64,000 nucleotides of DNA from Eledone cirrhosa (GCA_964016885.1 OZ024750.1:33790001-33854000); one strand, 5' to 3'; shown: positions 39,750-53,620, numbered from the stretch's first letter. Program-made: numbers and translations. The notes: generated by a model from the letters alone, not told the origin.

Positions 39750-39942
39750 TAATTGTTTCCATTTTTGGCACAAGGCCATCAATTATCCCAGTACATTACT
39801 GGTACTTTATTTTATCAACCCCGTAAGGATGAAAGGCAAAGTTAACCTCGGCGGGATTTGAACTCAGACCGTAAAGGGACGTAACTCTTTGCTGCAAAGC
39901 ATGGCGTCCGACCCTCTACCGATACTGCCAATCCACCGCCCT
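39750..39942 (-). mobile_element. SINE family B, representative (Nin/Deu-like block)
   Basis: TGGCAGTATCGG...GTTCAAATCC head, GCCTTTCATCCTTACGGGGTCGATAAAATAAAGTACCAG block; copies near 1026, 1860, 7395, 11405, 14375, 14565, 14925, 17842, 19954, 21448, 28218, 46455, 54052. Confidence 0.85.
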
Positions 39943-42285
39943 AATTCATCATAATGTTATGTAAGAATCTTTAAGTTATGTTCCAAACATTGTAATAATA
40001 AGTTGTTTATTTTCAATATTATTTGCAGTGTCTATCATTTATAAATATAATGAAATATAACTGAAAACACACACACACACACACAAATATAAAGAGAAAC
40101 CACTAATTATAATATTAAGTTAGCAACACCAGGTAAAGTTTATATACAAACATTACATTATAAATGTGTGTTGATGTGCCTGTAGGTGTGGAAAAGAAAA
40201 AGGAAAACCTAGGGAGATGTCTTTCTTTTACTAGCTTCAGCCATACTGGGGCATCACTTTAAAGTATAAACACAGACAAGGACGACACACAAACAATGAG
40301 AGAGAGAGAGTCCCAGGTTCAATCGGGAGTAACCAAGTAGACTTGCTTTATAATGCAGTGGTATTTATGTTTACTGATGGGTGAGAAAGGTGGTGATTAA
40401 AATCACCCCCCACCAGTAAACATATAAATACTACTGCATTATAAAGCAAGTCCAACTTTTCCTGATTATTTCCTTCGAATAAAACAGTTCTAGTCCTGTA
40501 GAAGCCATTTCTATATATATATATATATATATACACTCACAATACATCAGCTGAAGATAACCAAAGCGGTAATCTGAAACTGGACAAAGTTTAGTTTAAA
40601 TAAAAATTATATTCTAAACTTCAAAACATTTGGAACAAGATATTTCAATATATTAAAACTCCAAAATCAAAGAAGAAAAAAGAGCATTAATGTTCCCAGG
40701 AGTGGTTCCTTCACAGACAAAAGAATTCTTGTTTTTATCAGTACAAGGGGGAAGGGGAAAACTATTTAGAAGAGTATTTTAGGCAAGTATTTATAAAACA
40801 TTTTAGAGAAATCTGACTCCATCAAACGAAGATATAATAAACTTGGTTCCTTTCAATTCAGCAACTATATACTTTGTTTCTATTTACATGCTGTTTGTAG
40901 TATTAACATCCTGTAATGGGTTTAACAGAAAAATATCTAAAAATGGGGTTAATTAAAAATAGTTGTAATATCTTTACTAGTCAACAGAAATAGAGTAAGG
41001 GATTTAATTTTTAATGTGATGTATAGAATATCTCTGCTAATGTGGTTTCATACGGTACAGGACGTTAAAAGTTGAAGAAGAAAAAAATTATCAAAAGAGA
41101 TGGTAAAATATCTGAGTTTAATTAAACATTTTGTAATATCTAAGCTAATGAACAGAAATACAGTAAAGGGTTTAATTTTAAATGTGGTGTAGGCATAATC
41201 TTGTTTCATACTTTTACAAAAATATATCTTTGCTGGTTTGGTTTCATACTGTACAGGAAGAAAAAAAAGGGCTTTAAAAGATGGCATGATGCCATTAATA
41301 ATTTTTGAAATAGAGTAGTAATAGAAATGGTAAATAAAGTGCTTTATTAAATAAAGAATTCCATTATATTGTGAATTTTAAACTCAGTAGGGATGGTTTG
41401 CCTTTCATCTCTTTAAACTATCAGGCAGACAAGGCACTGATTTGAAAAACCACTTCCAAAAGCTTGAAATTTTGTATAAATGCAAGAATTTTTTAAAATA
41501 ATTTTATTTGAAAAAATATATAATAAATTTGAAATTTGTTTTAAATGTAAAAAATTCAGGTAACCGAAAATATATGTAATTAATTATCAATTAAATTTAG
41601 TGGTTGATGATAATTTCGATGTAAATTAATTATAGATGGAAAATAAAATGAAAAAATTTAATAAAACCCCCAGTGCCTCCTTGAGTTGCTAACAAAAAAA
41701 AAAAAAAAAAAAAAAAAAAAAGACAAAAAAACCTGTTGGTTGAAGGAGAAAAAGTATAAAATGAGGTCAGAAATCCTGTATTTTCTGACAATGTACTTAG
41801 AATATATTTAACATACTGAATAAACAGTGAGATTTGTAAAGGGATGTGCAATTTAATAAATAATCTCATATATATACTAAAGTAAGCTACATTTTACAAG
41901 GACAAACAAGTTAGTATTTTACTGTGTGGCAGAAGTGGGAGGTGGAGGAAGAGAGGAGGAATTTGCACACAATATCAGAGAAACAGAAGTCAGCAATGAG
42001 GGGGGAAGGTACAGGGGTGTAGTGAGAGGGGGGAAGGTAGAGGGATGTAGTGAGTGGGGGGAAGGTAGAGGGGTGTAGTGAGTGGGGGGAAGGTAGAGGG
42101 GTGTAGTGACAGGAGAAATTGATTAAGAGGAAAAGAGGGAGAGGCTAAGAAATGTAGGAGCAGTTTTAATGCAAAAATATGCAAATATAGTCCCCCCCAC
42201 CCCCACACATATACACACAAAATAGCTTTTACTATAAAAAGGTGTCTAATTCGTTAATTTTTAAAAATCAGGTAAAACTTTGGTT

Positions 42286-42350
<65 letters not shown>

Positions 42351-42351
42351 T

Positions 42352-42386
<35 letters not shown>

Positions 42387-42539
42387 CATATACACACACA
42401 CATATATATACACACACACACATATATATATACACACACACACACATATATATATATACACACGCACACATATATATACACACACACATATATATATATA
42501 TACACACACACACATATATATACACACACACATATATAT

Positions 42540-43460
42540 CATCATCATCATCATCATCATCGTTTAACGTCCATATTCCACGCTTGCATCGGTTTGGACG
42601 GGAGTTTTCCCACTTGAGGCAAGATTGGTTGTCTTGCTCAGGACTGTCTGGCGCGTTTTCTACGGCTGGATGCCCTTCCTAACACCAACCACATTTACAG
42701 TGTGGGGCTGGGAGGTTTTTACCATGTTGCCTACACGGCCACATTACAGCGTGGACTGTGTGTTTTTTTGTCGTGACACCTACACAACCTCATTTGTTTC
42801 GGACTGGCTGTTGTGGTACCCACATAACTTTACATTGGAAGGGGTGGCGGTAGAGGTGCCTACTGACTGTAGTAGGTTTCACTTTGTACTTAGGTAAGGC
42901 GGGTCTTCTGTATTACTGTGTAGCGCCATATATATATAGAGAGAGAGATAGATAGATATAGATATCATCATACGTCCGCTCTTCCCTGCTTCCAAGGGTG
43001 GGACGAATATATATATATATAGATATGCCCCCACATCCTCCCACTGCAAAGTGGTCGTGGAGGTGCCACAGCAAAAAAAGCACCCAGCCCACACTGTAAA
43101 TGAGGTTGGTGTTAGGAAGGGCATCCAGCTGTAGAAATGAGATGATAGGGACTGCGGTCCCTATCATTCCACTGCAAAGTGGTCGTGGAGGAGCCACGGC
43201 AAAAAAGCACCCAGCCCACACTGTAAAGTGGACGTGTAGGCGCCACAGAAAAAAAAGCACCCAGCACTCACTGTATAAATGAGGTTGGTGTTAGGAAGGG
43301 CATCCAGCTGTAGAAATCAAGCCAGAATCAGTTCCCGTATGAGCAAGACAAGGTCAGCCGACCAGACACTGCCCACAACAGGACAACCCACCTAACCCAT
43401 GCTAGCGTGGAAGAACGGACGTAAAACGGTGATGATGATGACGATTATGATGATGATGAT
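42540..43460. mobile_element. Cluster of SINE A-related fragments
   Basis: Minus-strand variant 42540-42800 (homolog 61118-61505); plus-strand headless copy 43040-43460 with internal duplication. Confidence 0.78.
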
Positions 43461-43478
43461 TATATATATATACATATA

Positions 43479-43702
43479 TATCGACAGTCGATCGACTTTT
43501 GTCAAATCGGACCGAGGAAACGATGTTTCAATTGGTCTTTCTAATTGCTAATACTCTCTATCGGTCGCATCTCCAGGTAGAAGGAGCAACGTGAAATAAA
43601 GTGTCTTGCCCAAGGACATAACGCATCGCCTGGTCCGGGAATCGAACTCACAACCTCACGATTGCGAATCCAATGCTCTAACCACTCAGCCACGCGCCTC
43701 CA
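43479..43702 (-). mobile_element. tRNA/CORE-like SINE with a different 3' tail (family D)
   Basis: GGAGGCGCGTGGCTGAGTGG...GTTCGATTCC head; tail homologs at 48350-48480 and 18500-18690. Confidence 0.8.
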
Positions 43703-44581
43703 CATATATATATATATAAAAAAAAAACAACGTTATCCCCCTCAGCTATCTTTTTTTTTTTTTTTAAGTGTCAAAGATAATATAGAGCTAGCTAGCTGTG
43801 ATGGCTCCTTGTTCATTACATCAGCCCTGGTGGGTGTACTAGAAATACAGGTCACAGTGGTCTCCAATATTAAATAGTGGCGCATTGGGGGGCTGGGCGA
43901 GGCAGCGGGGGAGAGGGTTGAGATCTGTAACCCTTAACATCACTGGGTAGGTTATATAGGCATTCATGTTTACAAAAGGGGGGAGAGAAATGATCTCACA
44001 CACACACACACACACACGTGTCTGTCTGTCACTCACTCACACAGACACATAATACAACACACACCTATATCAATCAAATTTTGTTATTTCAATTAATTCA
44101 CACCTGGATTTTCATGAATAGATTGCTCTTTAGTTAAATGATATTGATATATATATTTAAGTTTATAGTTTTGTAATTTTCTTTCTTAAATAAAGCTAAA
44201 GCTAAAGTTAATATGCAAGAATATCTGTTTACTTAACGTACAGCTTTGCTGCAATTATTTTCAATGGATTGAAGTGCAATTTGAGGCATGAATATAAAAC
44301 AATAAACTGAAAAGACTGTTGAACCCCTCATATGTCGAACCGACGGGAGAGTCCATCATATATATATATATATATATATAAACCGTTGAATATAATTGTG
44401 GAAAAGATGTGTTATTTTCAACAGTGTGTGTATATAATCCAAATGTATGTAGAGAATTGTGTGTAAGAAATTAAAAATGATTTTAAAATTAATTTTTTCC
44501 ATTAATATATATATATACACACACGCAGTTGAAAATAATTATATAAAAGCTGTTTGTGTATGTTATTGTTTTAAACTATTT

Positions 44582-44616
<35 letters not shown>

Positions 44617-45133
44617 TATTTTCAATGGAGTGTAAGTATGTATATGTATGTATATATATGTGTGTGTGTTTTTTTTTTGTTCCATAAAAGTATTTTCTAT
44701 GAATAATATGAATAATAGAAAATATATGAGTTGCTAGATTATTTGCAATAGTTGCTGTCAAGTATCTAGAGAGAGAAAGAGGGAGAGGGAGGGGGGAGAA
44801 AGAAAGAAGATAGTAGGTCAACACAGCAGTAGAACTGTGAACAAACCAATTTACAAAGGAGGTTGCTCAGATCATAGCTCATATCACTTCAATACCACAC
44901 AAGCAAGTAAAAGCCGTTGAAATCAAACAACACACACACACACACATTGAAGTGAAGCTATATATATATATGTTTATATATATATGTATATATATATATA
45001 TATATATATGTATATGTATATATATATAATTTATATAATAACTATTGTACAAGAAAATTGGCCCCTGCAACTACATTATATATATATATATATATTTTAA
45101 ATATTCATCTTTATATATATCAAATCCTTTTCA

Positions 45134-45182
<49 letters not shown>

Positions 45183-46914
45183 AAAAAAAACAGTCTAGCT
45201 AATTAAATGTAATTGCATTTGTGCAGACTTCACATTAGAAATTGTACTCAGCTGACCTACCAAAAAAAATATATAAAAAAACTCAGCCACACTGCCAAAA
45301 AATAAAAATAAAAAAGGCTATACAATCACTTTTAAAGAAAGAGTTTAATGTAAAATTCAATTTTAAAAAATAACATTTGGATAGTTTTTGTATTTCCTTA
45401 TATTTATACTAACTTTTTTTGAGAGAGAGATGAAAAGAGTGTGTGTGTTTAGTTATGAAGTTTAAGTTAGCAGCAGTATATAGGAATATGAAGAGTTATA
45501 TTCCTGTGTTGTAAATGTTATGTACTTAGAAACAGATTAAAATCGTGTGTTCAATTTACATAATCATTATCTCGCAATCACAGAGAGAGAGAGAGTGAAG
45601 TGAGTCACTGTTAAACATTAAACCACATTTCTAGAGATAAACATGTTTCACTCACACTATCATCAAACATGGTTGTTGGAGTGTGTAGCTTGTAACAATC
45701 TAATGGAAATATTTCATGGGATAGAAATTTATTTTCAAAATAAGCTTTAAATTGTTGTTTTGGGGGGTTTTTTTGCTTTTTGTTTTTGCTAAATTACTTT
45801 TTCAAAGTCAGTTTATTACATTGAAATTATTTAAATTAAATTCTTAAGTACTATGAAATATTTCTGACAAATAACTCTAATTAGGAATAATAAAAATTAA
45901 ATTTTAAAAAACCTATATAATTAGAGAATATAAAAATATCAAAATATTCTGTGTCTTGCTAGGTAAAAATTAGAATACAATATTTAATGATTTAGAGATA
46001 ATCCAGAATTAAATTAATGTTAATGCGATAAAAAAATAATTTAGTAAACTACACTATCAAATTATTTATTTATTTTTTTAAATTAAATTAAAATTACAAT
46101 TTTTTTTTTTATGAACCAGCAGCATATTACTTTCCAACTTCATACTAGAATAATGTTACTAACATTACTATATTCTAGTCTAATATTATTAATATTACTT
46201 TCCAACTATAAGACTAATTATTATTCTAGCCTTAACATGACTAACCGAAAAAAAAAAATTCATCTTCCACAGCAAATATTTAAGTTACTTCCCTTAGGCC
46301 ATTGATTTGTTTGGCACTTTAACACAACAATAACAAAAATATAAAATAAATTGTATTAAAACAAAAACTATAAAATAATATTGACAGGGTATGATTTTTT
46401 TTTAATGAACTCAAGAGTAAATTATTAAATTCTTTTCAACTACAATTCCTTCTAAATAATTGTTTCTACTATTGGCACAAGGCCAACAATTACCCAGTAC
46501 ATTACTGGTACTTTATTTTATCGACCCCGTAAGTTAACCTTGGCGGGATTTGAACTAAATAATATTTACTTCACACACTTGTTTGTTATTCAATAACTTC
46601 TACACACAATAAACAACTTTGAATATATGTGTGCATATACCGACAGCATTTGGATGTAACGATCGCTAGATGTGTGTGTATATAATATATATAGGTGGAT
46701 TGCTGATCTATAGAGGTAATCAATATGTTAGTAGAGTATAGGCATATTTATTTTATTATAGAAATCACTTGTACAAGACTAGAACCGTTTCATTCGTTAA
46801 AAAAATCATTTTACGAATGAAACATTTCTAGTCCTGAACAAGTCATTTCTATAATAAAATAAATAAATATATATATATATATATACGTTTTTTTATTTAT
46901 TTATTCATCTCATA

Positions 46915-46946
<32 letters not shown>

Positions 46947-46994
46947 ATTCAGCTCTATATATTTATATATATATACCTTTTTTATTCATCTCTC

Positions 46995-47055
<61 letters not shown>

Positions 47056-47083
47056 CTACATACATATATATATAAAGGCTGGT

Positions 47084-47136
<53 letters not shown>

Positions 47137-47510
47137 CTATACTATTCAAACATCTAGACATATTTCCATATATCATTACTAAAAAGAATGTTATGAGAAA
47201 ACATTGGAGGGAGGGGGAGAGAAGTAAACTGTGACTACTGACTAATAGAAATTGGCAGCCAGGAAAGATAGCACAGTTGTTATCAGTAATGTAGAGAGAG
47301 AGAGAGAGAGAGAGGGGGGGTGAGAGAGGGAGGGAGTGGGAGAGAGTATTATACCTAAGTAATTTTCACATTCTACAGCTATTCAAGGAAATGGCTATCA
47401 CATTTAGGGCAGATACTAGAAAAATTGATCATTAGCTTGCTTGTATTTCAATCTTAAAACAACACTTTTTAGATTACCATCAAATTAATATTTGCTCATT
47501 TAACAGTATG

Positions 47511-47549
<39 letters not shown>

Positions 47550-47637
47550 GTACATACATATATACTGTTAAATGAGCAAATATTAATTTGACTATTAATC
47601 TTTGGTTATATATATATATATATATATATTATATTTC

Positions 47638-47671
<34 letters not shown>

Positions 47672-47747
47672 TCTTTATTTATATATATATATTTCTTTAT
47701 TTATATATATATATATTTCTTTATATATATATTTATATATATATATA

Positions 47748-47792
<45 letters not shown>

Positions 47793-47850
47793 TTATTTAT
47801 TTATATTTATTTATTTATATATATTTATTTATTTATATATATATATATAA

Positions 47851-47902
<52 letters not shown>

Positions 47903-47942
47903 TATTCAAAATGTTAAATGAAAAATATTCGCATAATCAAAA

Positions 47943-48008
47943 TATATACTTTATTATATATATTTCAAAGGTACTGTGCTGTTTTTTTTTTCAGTACGTC
48001 CTCATCAG

Positions 48009-48020
<12 letters not shown>
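47943..48020 (-). ncRNA. Type I hammerhead ribozyme motif HH2
   Basis: CTGATGA 48008-48002, stem II GGAcGTACTG/CAGTACcTTT, GAAA 47966-47963, TATATA-TA, stem I TATATTGT/ATAAAGTA with one mismatch. Confidence 0.7.
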
Positions 48021-48043
<23 letters not shown>

Positions 48044-48170
48044 AAAACCACAGGCCCTCCATCTCAATTCTACTTTTGAAAAGCAGAACTGCGAAACCGG
48101 TAAAGGAACCAAATAAATATATATTTTTTTTAAGAAAGACTCCACTTGCATTTTCGATTTCATCTTTTTT

Positions 48171-48226
<56 letters not shown>

Positions 48227-48243
48227 TTATATATATGTGTGTG

Positions 48244-48296
<53 letters not shown>

Positions 48297-48505
48297 AGAG
48301 AGAAAAAGAAAGAGAGAGAGATAAATGGAAGTTGCATTATCATATATAGATATCGACAGTCGATCGATAAGATCCCATACCTCATTTGGTTAACGAGTGG
48401 GGTGGAGCTCGTCAAATCGGACCGAGGAAACAATGTTTCCATTGGTCTTTCCAACTGCTAATACTACCTGTCGGTCGCAATTTATATATATATATATATA
48501 GATAG

Positions 48506-48689
48506 ATAAATTCCATTATAACGAATACCATAATAACGAATTTTTCAGTGTAACGAATTTATTTTCAATCCCCGAGGTAATAACAAACAAACGCTCGGTC
48601 TGTTTTGGTCGATCTCGCTATAAAGAATTTTTCGTTATAAGAAATTTATTTTTAAGCCCCATGAATTTGGTTATAGCGGAATTTCACTC
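48506..48689. mobile_element. Pogo/Tigger-like MITE remnant
   Basis: AAATTCCATTATAAC vs GTTATAGCGGAATTT inverted ends, repeated ATAACGAA subterminal motifs. Confidence 0.55.
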
Positions 48690-48934
48690 TGTGTGTGTGT
48701 ATGTGTGTGTGCGTGCGGAAGAAAAGATAATTGTGTATAAATGAAAATTTTTTCACAGTAGATAGTATACTAAGGGACAGGGGAAGTTAAAATTAGTAGG
48801 AAATTGCTTTTGTTAGTCAGATAAATGTTTAGAGTAGGATGCAATATTTCTGATACACTATATCTGTCATTATCCCTCCCTGTCCAACAAGACATATGGT
48901 TTTATAAATATAGTTTCCATTTATTTAATATCAT

Positions 48935-49002
<68 letters not shown>

Positions 49003-49192
49003 TTTTGATTACCCTGCTCAAATGATACTATAATTTTTTTTTTATTATCCCATCCTACCCAATCAGATATTAGAAAACTTTTCATGCAATATTTTCAGAA
49101 ATGTTCACATCCTGTAACTATATTTATTTTAAGAACATTGATTCATTTAAATAGAACAAAAACATATCAAACTCCAATTATTTTTATCTTCA

Positions 49193-49229
<37 letters not shown>

Positions 49230-49239
49230 TTTATCTTCA

Positions 49240-49280
<41 letters not shown>

Positions 49281-49306
49281 CAGAGGGGGAGAGGAAAGGT
49301 AAAACC

Positions 49307-49372
<66 letters not shown>

Positions 49373-49391
49373 ATATTAATAAATGGAAACT

Positions 49392-49497
49392 ATATTTATA
49401 AAACCATAATTATTTTATTATATATATTTCAAGGGCTACCAAGGCAGTCTTGGTGCGCTTTCATCAGATAAAATACAAGATTTGTTTTATAAATATT
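49392..49497 (-). ncRNA. Type I hammerhead ribozyme motif HH3
   Basis: Stem I TATTTTAT/ATAAAATA plus extension ATATTTATAAAAC/GTTTTATAAATAT, CTGATGA 49467-49461, stem II AAGcGCACCAAG/CTTGGTaGCcCTT, GAAA, AUA site at 49419. Confidence 0.82.
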
Positions 49498-49751
49498 GAC
49501 ATAACCGCGGAATCCCAACAAATTAAATATAACTTCTGCATATATATATATATATATACACACAGATTTAGTACAGCTGCCTTGAAACATGTAAGGAAAT
49601 AAATATGATTTAAAAGTGATATATACAGTAGTGTTTTGAAGGGTTATACACCCCCAATTCATTCAGCCTGTTATATAAAAAGAAAAATCTTAAAATACTT
49701 AACTCGTCCTATGGACTGAGTGGCCTTACTTGGATATTTCTACCAAACTTA

Positions 49752-49811
<60 letters not shown>

Positions 49812-50507
49812 CTACACACACACTAAAGGCTGACTAAAGGAGTAACAGCTGATTGAGATATTGTAGTTTTATAGTTGCGGTAGTCAATTAGTTGATAGCT
49901 AGCTTGCTGAGAGGAAGTAGAGTTGGAGCAAGTTTAAAGCAAATAGTTGTGTGCAAGGGTGGAGGTGGCAGGTGGTGTGGGTGAACGTGGTTAAGGCAGG
50001 GTGTAGGGGAGGGTTGGTAAATAGAACTGGATGGCAAAATTGTTCAAACTTAATTGACTGATCTGATTTCAGTAATATTATCACCCTAAGTAAATGGATC
50101 TAGCTGCATGTTTTCAGCAGACAAATAAAATACTGACGAGAAATTATATTAAATATTCATCCCAAAGTCAGTGTGTGTTTGTGTGTGTGTGGCAATTAAT
50201 GTGTGTGTGTTTGTGTGTTACCAATTAATGAGTATGTGTGTTGTCAATTAATGAGTATGTGTGTTGTCAATTAATGAGTATGTGTGTTGTCAATTAATGT
50301 GTATTGTGTGTCAATGTGTTATGTGTGTTGTGTCAAATGATATATATGTGTGTGTGTGGATTAATGTCAATTAATATATACATATATGTATGCGTCAATC
50401 AATGAATGTGTCTGTGGGCGTCAATGTGTGTGTGTGCGCATGATTACTGGTGGTTATTGCAGAAAACTTGTTTTTTTTACTACATCCAATATATCTAAAT
50501 AAAACAA

Positions 50508-50568
<61 letters not shown>

Positions 50569-50868
50569 AATAATGAATCAAAACATCAAATACGTTTAGA
50601 AGTTTATGTTTCTCAATAAGTAAGCTCAATAGACATCTAGAGTCATGAGCAAATGAAAAAGATATATGTATATATATAGAGAGAGAGAGAAAGAGCCATA
50701 TATATCGTATAGGAAACAGTATATTGTATATATATATACTAAATACATATTCTATAGAAGAATATGTACACAGGTGGAATCATAGTGTTCATATTCTTCT
50801 ATAGAATATGTATTTGGTATATATACAATATACTATGTCTCTTATACGATATGTATGGCTCTTTCTCA

Positions 50869-50915
<47 letters not shown>

Positions 50916-51065
50916 AGAGATATTTAATTTGTTGGAAATCCAACAAATATAGATGTTTATAACTGATTCAGAGCACTCGACAAATATCTGGAGTAAGTAT
51001 TCAATATTATCCACTTTCCAGGGATAACTTGAACCGATAAGGTATATTATCCTTGGTCATGTCAA

Positions 51066-51168
51066 ATATTTATAAAACATTTTGTATTTTATCTGATGAT
51101 AGCGTACCAAAATTTTTGGTACCCTTGAAATATATATATAATAGAATACATATGGTTTTATAAATATA
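51066..51168 (+). ncRNA. Type I hammerhead ribozyme motif HH4
   Basis: Stem I TGTATTTTAT/ATAGAATACA plus 13-bp extension, CTGATGA 51093-51099, stem II GTACCAAAA/TTTTGGTAC, GAAA 51127-51130, AUA site at 51140; U.U at stem II base. Confidence 0.78.
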
Positions 51169-51200
51169 GTTTCCATTTATTTAATATCATTGTGTGTATA

Positions 51201-51232
<32 letters not shown>

Positions 51233-51578
51233 AATATAATAACTACAACTACAAACCAGGAAGCTCTACTTAAAAAGTTAATTGGTTCGTGTCTTACTGG
51301 GCAAATTCTATTTCTAAAAACTGGGGACATGATTCATGTTTAGTGCAAAATAAACTCCAAACGAAGAAAAAGACAATTAAATAAAGAACAAAATACGCCC
51401 CAATAAATAAATAAAAATAAGCCAAGACGGATAGAACATCCTTGTATTGTATTCTATGAATGTCTAAAACTTACTGGTCACAATAAAACACTTAAAAACA
51501 CAGTAAAATATACTTTTAGTTGAAACAAATACCACTTCTTTAATAGACTTTTCTTTTACACACACACACACACACAAT

Positions 51579-51660
<82 letters not shown>

Positions 51661-51750
51661 ATTAAATATATAATTGTGTGTATATATATATATAAATATA
51701 TATTGTATATATATATAAAATACACAATTTTATATATATATATACACATA

Positions 51751-51784
<34 letters not shown>

Positions 51785-51941
51785 ATTGTATATATATATA
51801 TATAATTGTATATATATATATAAATATATAATTGTATATATATATATAAATATATAATTGTATATATATATAAAATACACAATTTTATATATATATATAC
51901 ACACATTTTATTCATATATATATATATGCACACATTTTATT

Positions 51942-51972
<31 letters not shown>

Positions 51973-53089
51973 GTGTAAGTGGTTATGGTGATACAACTAA
52001 GTCCAGCCAGTACACTTATAAAGTGGATTTTGGTGACATGAAGGATATTCAGTCCTAGAGTCGACACTAAATAGTAGAATGTATATATGGGAGGGGGTCA
52101 GTGATGTGGGCCACCAACCCATCTAGTATTGATTGGACCATCGTAACTTGTCCAACCCATGCTAGAATAGAAAACAGATGTAAAATGACGACGATATGTG
52201 TGTATAATGAAAACTATTGTATTGTGCTGAGGTACACTGCAAGGTGGATTAAAAGTCTTATGCAATCATGCAGTAACTTGTACAATACATACCTGAATAT
52301 GAAGTTTTATTCTTTACTTTTACACATTTTATTATAAAGTTTTTTTATTGAGCATTTGTAAAAAATAAATTGTAAATAAAATCGGATGGTTATTTTTATA
52401 CACCTTGTGTGTGTATATAATGTATATATGTATATGCGTGTGTATGAAATGTGCATATATAAGGTATAAATGTGTGTGTGTGTGTATAATGTATATATGT
52501 ATATGCGTGTGTATGAATATGTGCATATATAAGGTATAAATGTGTGTGTGTGTATAATGTATATATGTATATGCGTGTGTATGAATATGTGCATATATAA
52601 GGTATAAATGTGTGTGTGTGTGTGTATATATATATATAAGGTATATATATATGTGTGTGTGTGTGGAATATATACTGATGTGTGTGTTTGTGTGTGGTTA
52701 ATTTAACCGAGAAAAGAAGACCATTGAAAAATAATTTACAGAGAAACTTCAAAAAATATTATGTAATTTCATCACTGCTGTACTTGAAAACAAATACTAA
52801 ATCTATAATATAAAAAAATAATAAAAAGTCTTTTTCTTCAAATAATTGAAAAAATGTTGAGGCTAGAAGAAAAGAACTGGCTGGGTTTATTATTAATTGA
52901 TATTTTTTTTTAATGAGTTGTGCATTATTTTTTGTTTAAACAGCCACCACCTGACATGACAAATATATTTGTGTCCATGAGAGAGAGAGAGAAAGAGAGA
53001 GATAGGGGGGGGGGAGAATAGTGAGTGGTAGTGTTTAGTGCAGGGGAGAGGGGAAAGTATTGCGAGAGATAGTGGTAAAGAGGAGAGAG

Positions 53090-53620
53090 AAAGATAGAGA
53101 GGTGGGAGAGGAGAGATAGAGAAGTGGTAGAGGAGAGATAGAGAAGCGGGGGGGGGGGGTGAGATAGAGAAGTGGTAGAGGTGAGATAGAGAAGTGGTAG
53201 AGGAGAGATAGAGAAGTGGTAGAGGAGAGATAGAGAAGTGGTAGAGGAGAGATAGAGAAGTGGTAGAGGTGAGATAGAGAAGTGGTAGAGGTGAGATAGA
53301 GAAGTGGTAGATGAGAGATAGAGAAGTGGTAGATGAGAGATAGAGAAGTGGTAGATGAGAGATAGAGAAGTGGGAGAGGAGAGATAGAGAAGTGGGAGAG
53401 GAGAGATAGAGAAGTGGGAGAGGAGAGATAGAGAAGTGGGAGAGGAGAAATAGAGAGGTGGTAGATGAGAGATAGAGAAGTGGGAGAGGAGAGATAGAGA
53501 AGTGGGAGAGGAGAGATAGAGAGGTGGTAGATGAGAGATAGAGAGGTGGGAGAGGAGAGATAGAGAAGTGGGAGAGGAGATATAGAGAAGTGGGAGAGGA
53601 GATATAGAGAAGTGGGAGAA
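53090..53620. repeat. 20-bp polypurine minisatellite
   Basis: Unit GAGATAGAGAAGTGGTAGAG, ~25 copies. Confidence 0.93.

Noticed and set aside
40540-40605. CTGAAGA...GAAAC hammerhead-like string
   Set aside because: Wobble-rich stem III possible but stem I does not pair
41998-42110. G-quadruplex-like 28-bp repeat
   Set aside because: G-runs are real but on the template strand, with no evidence of function
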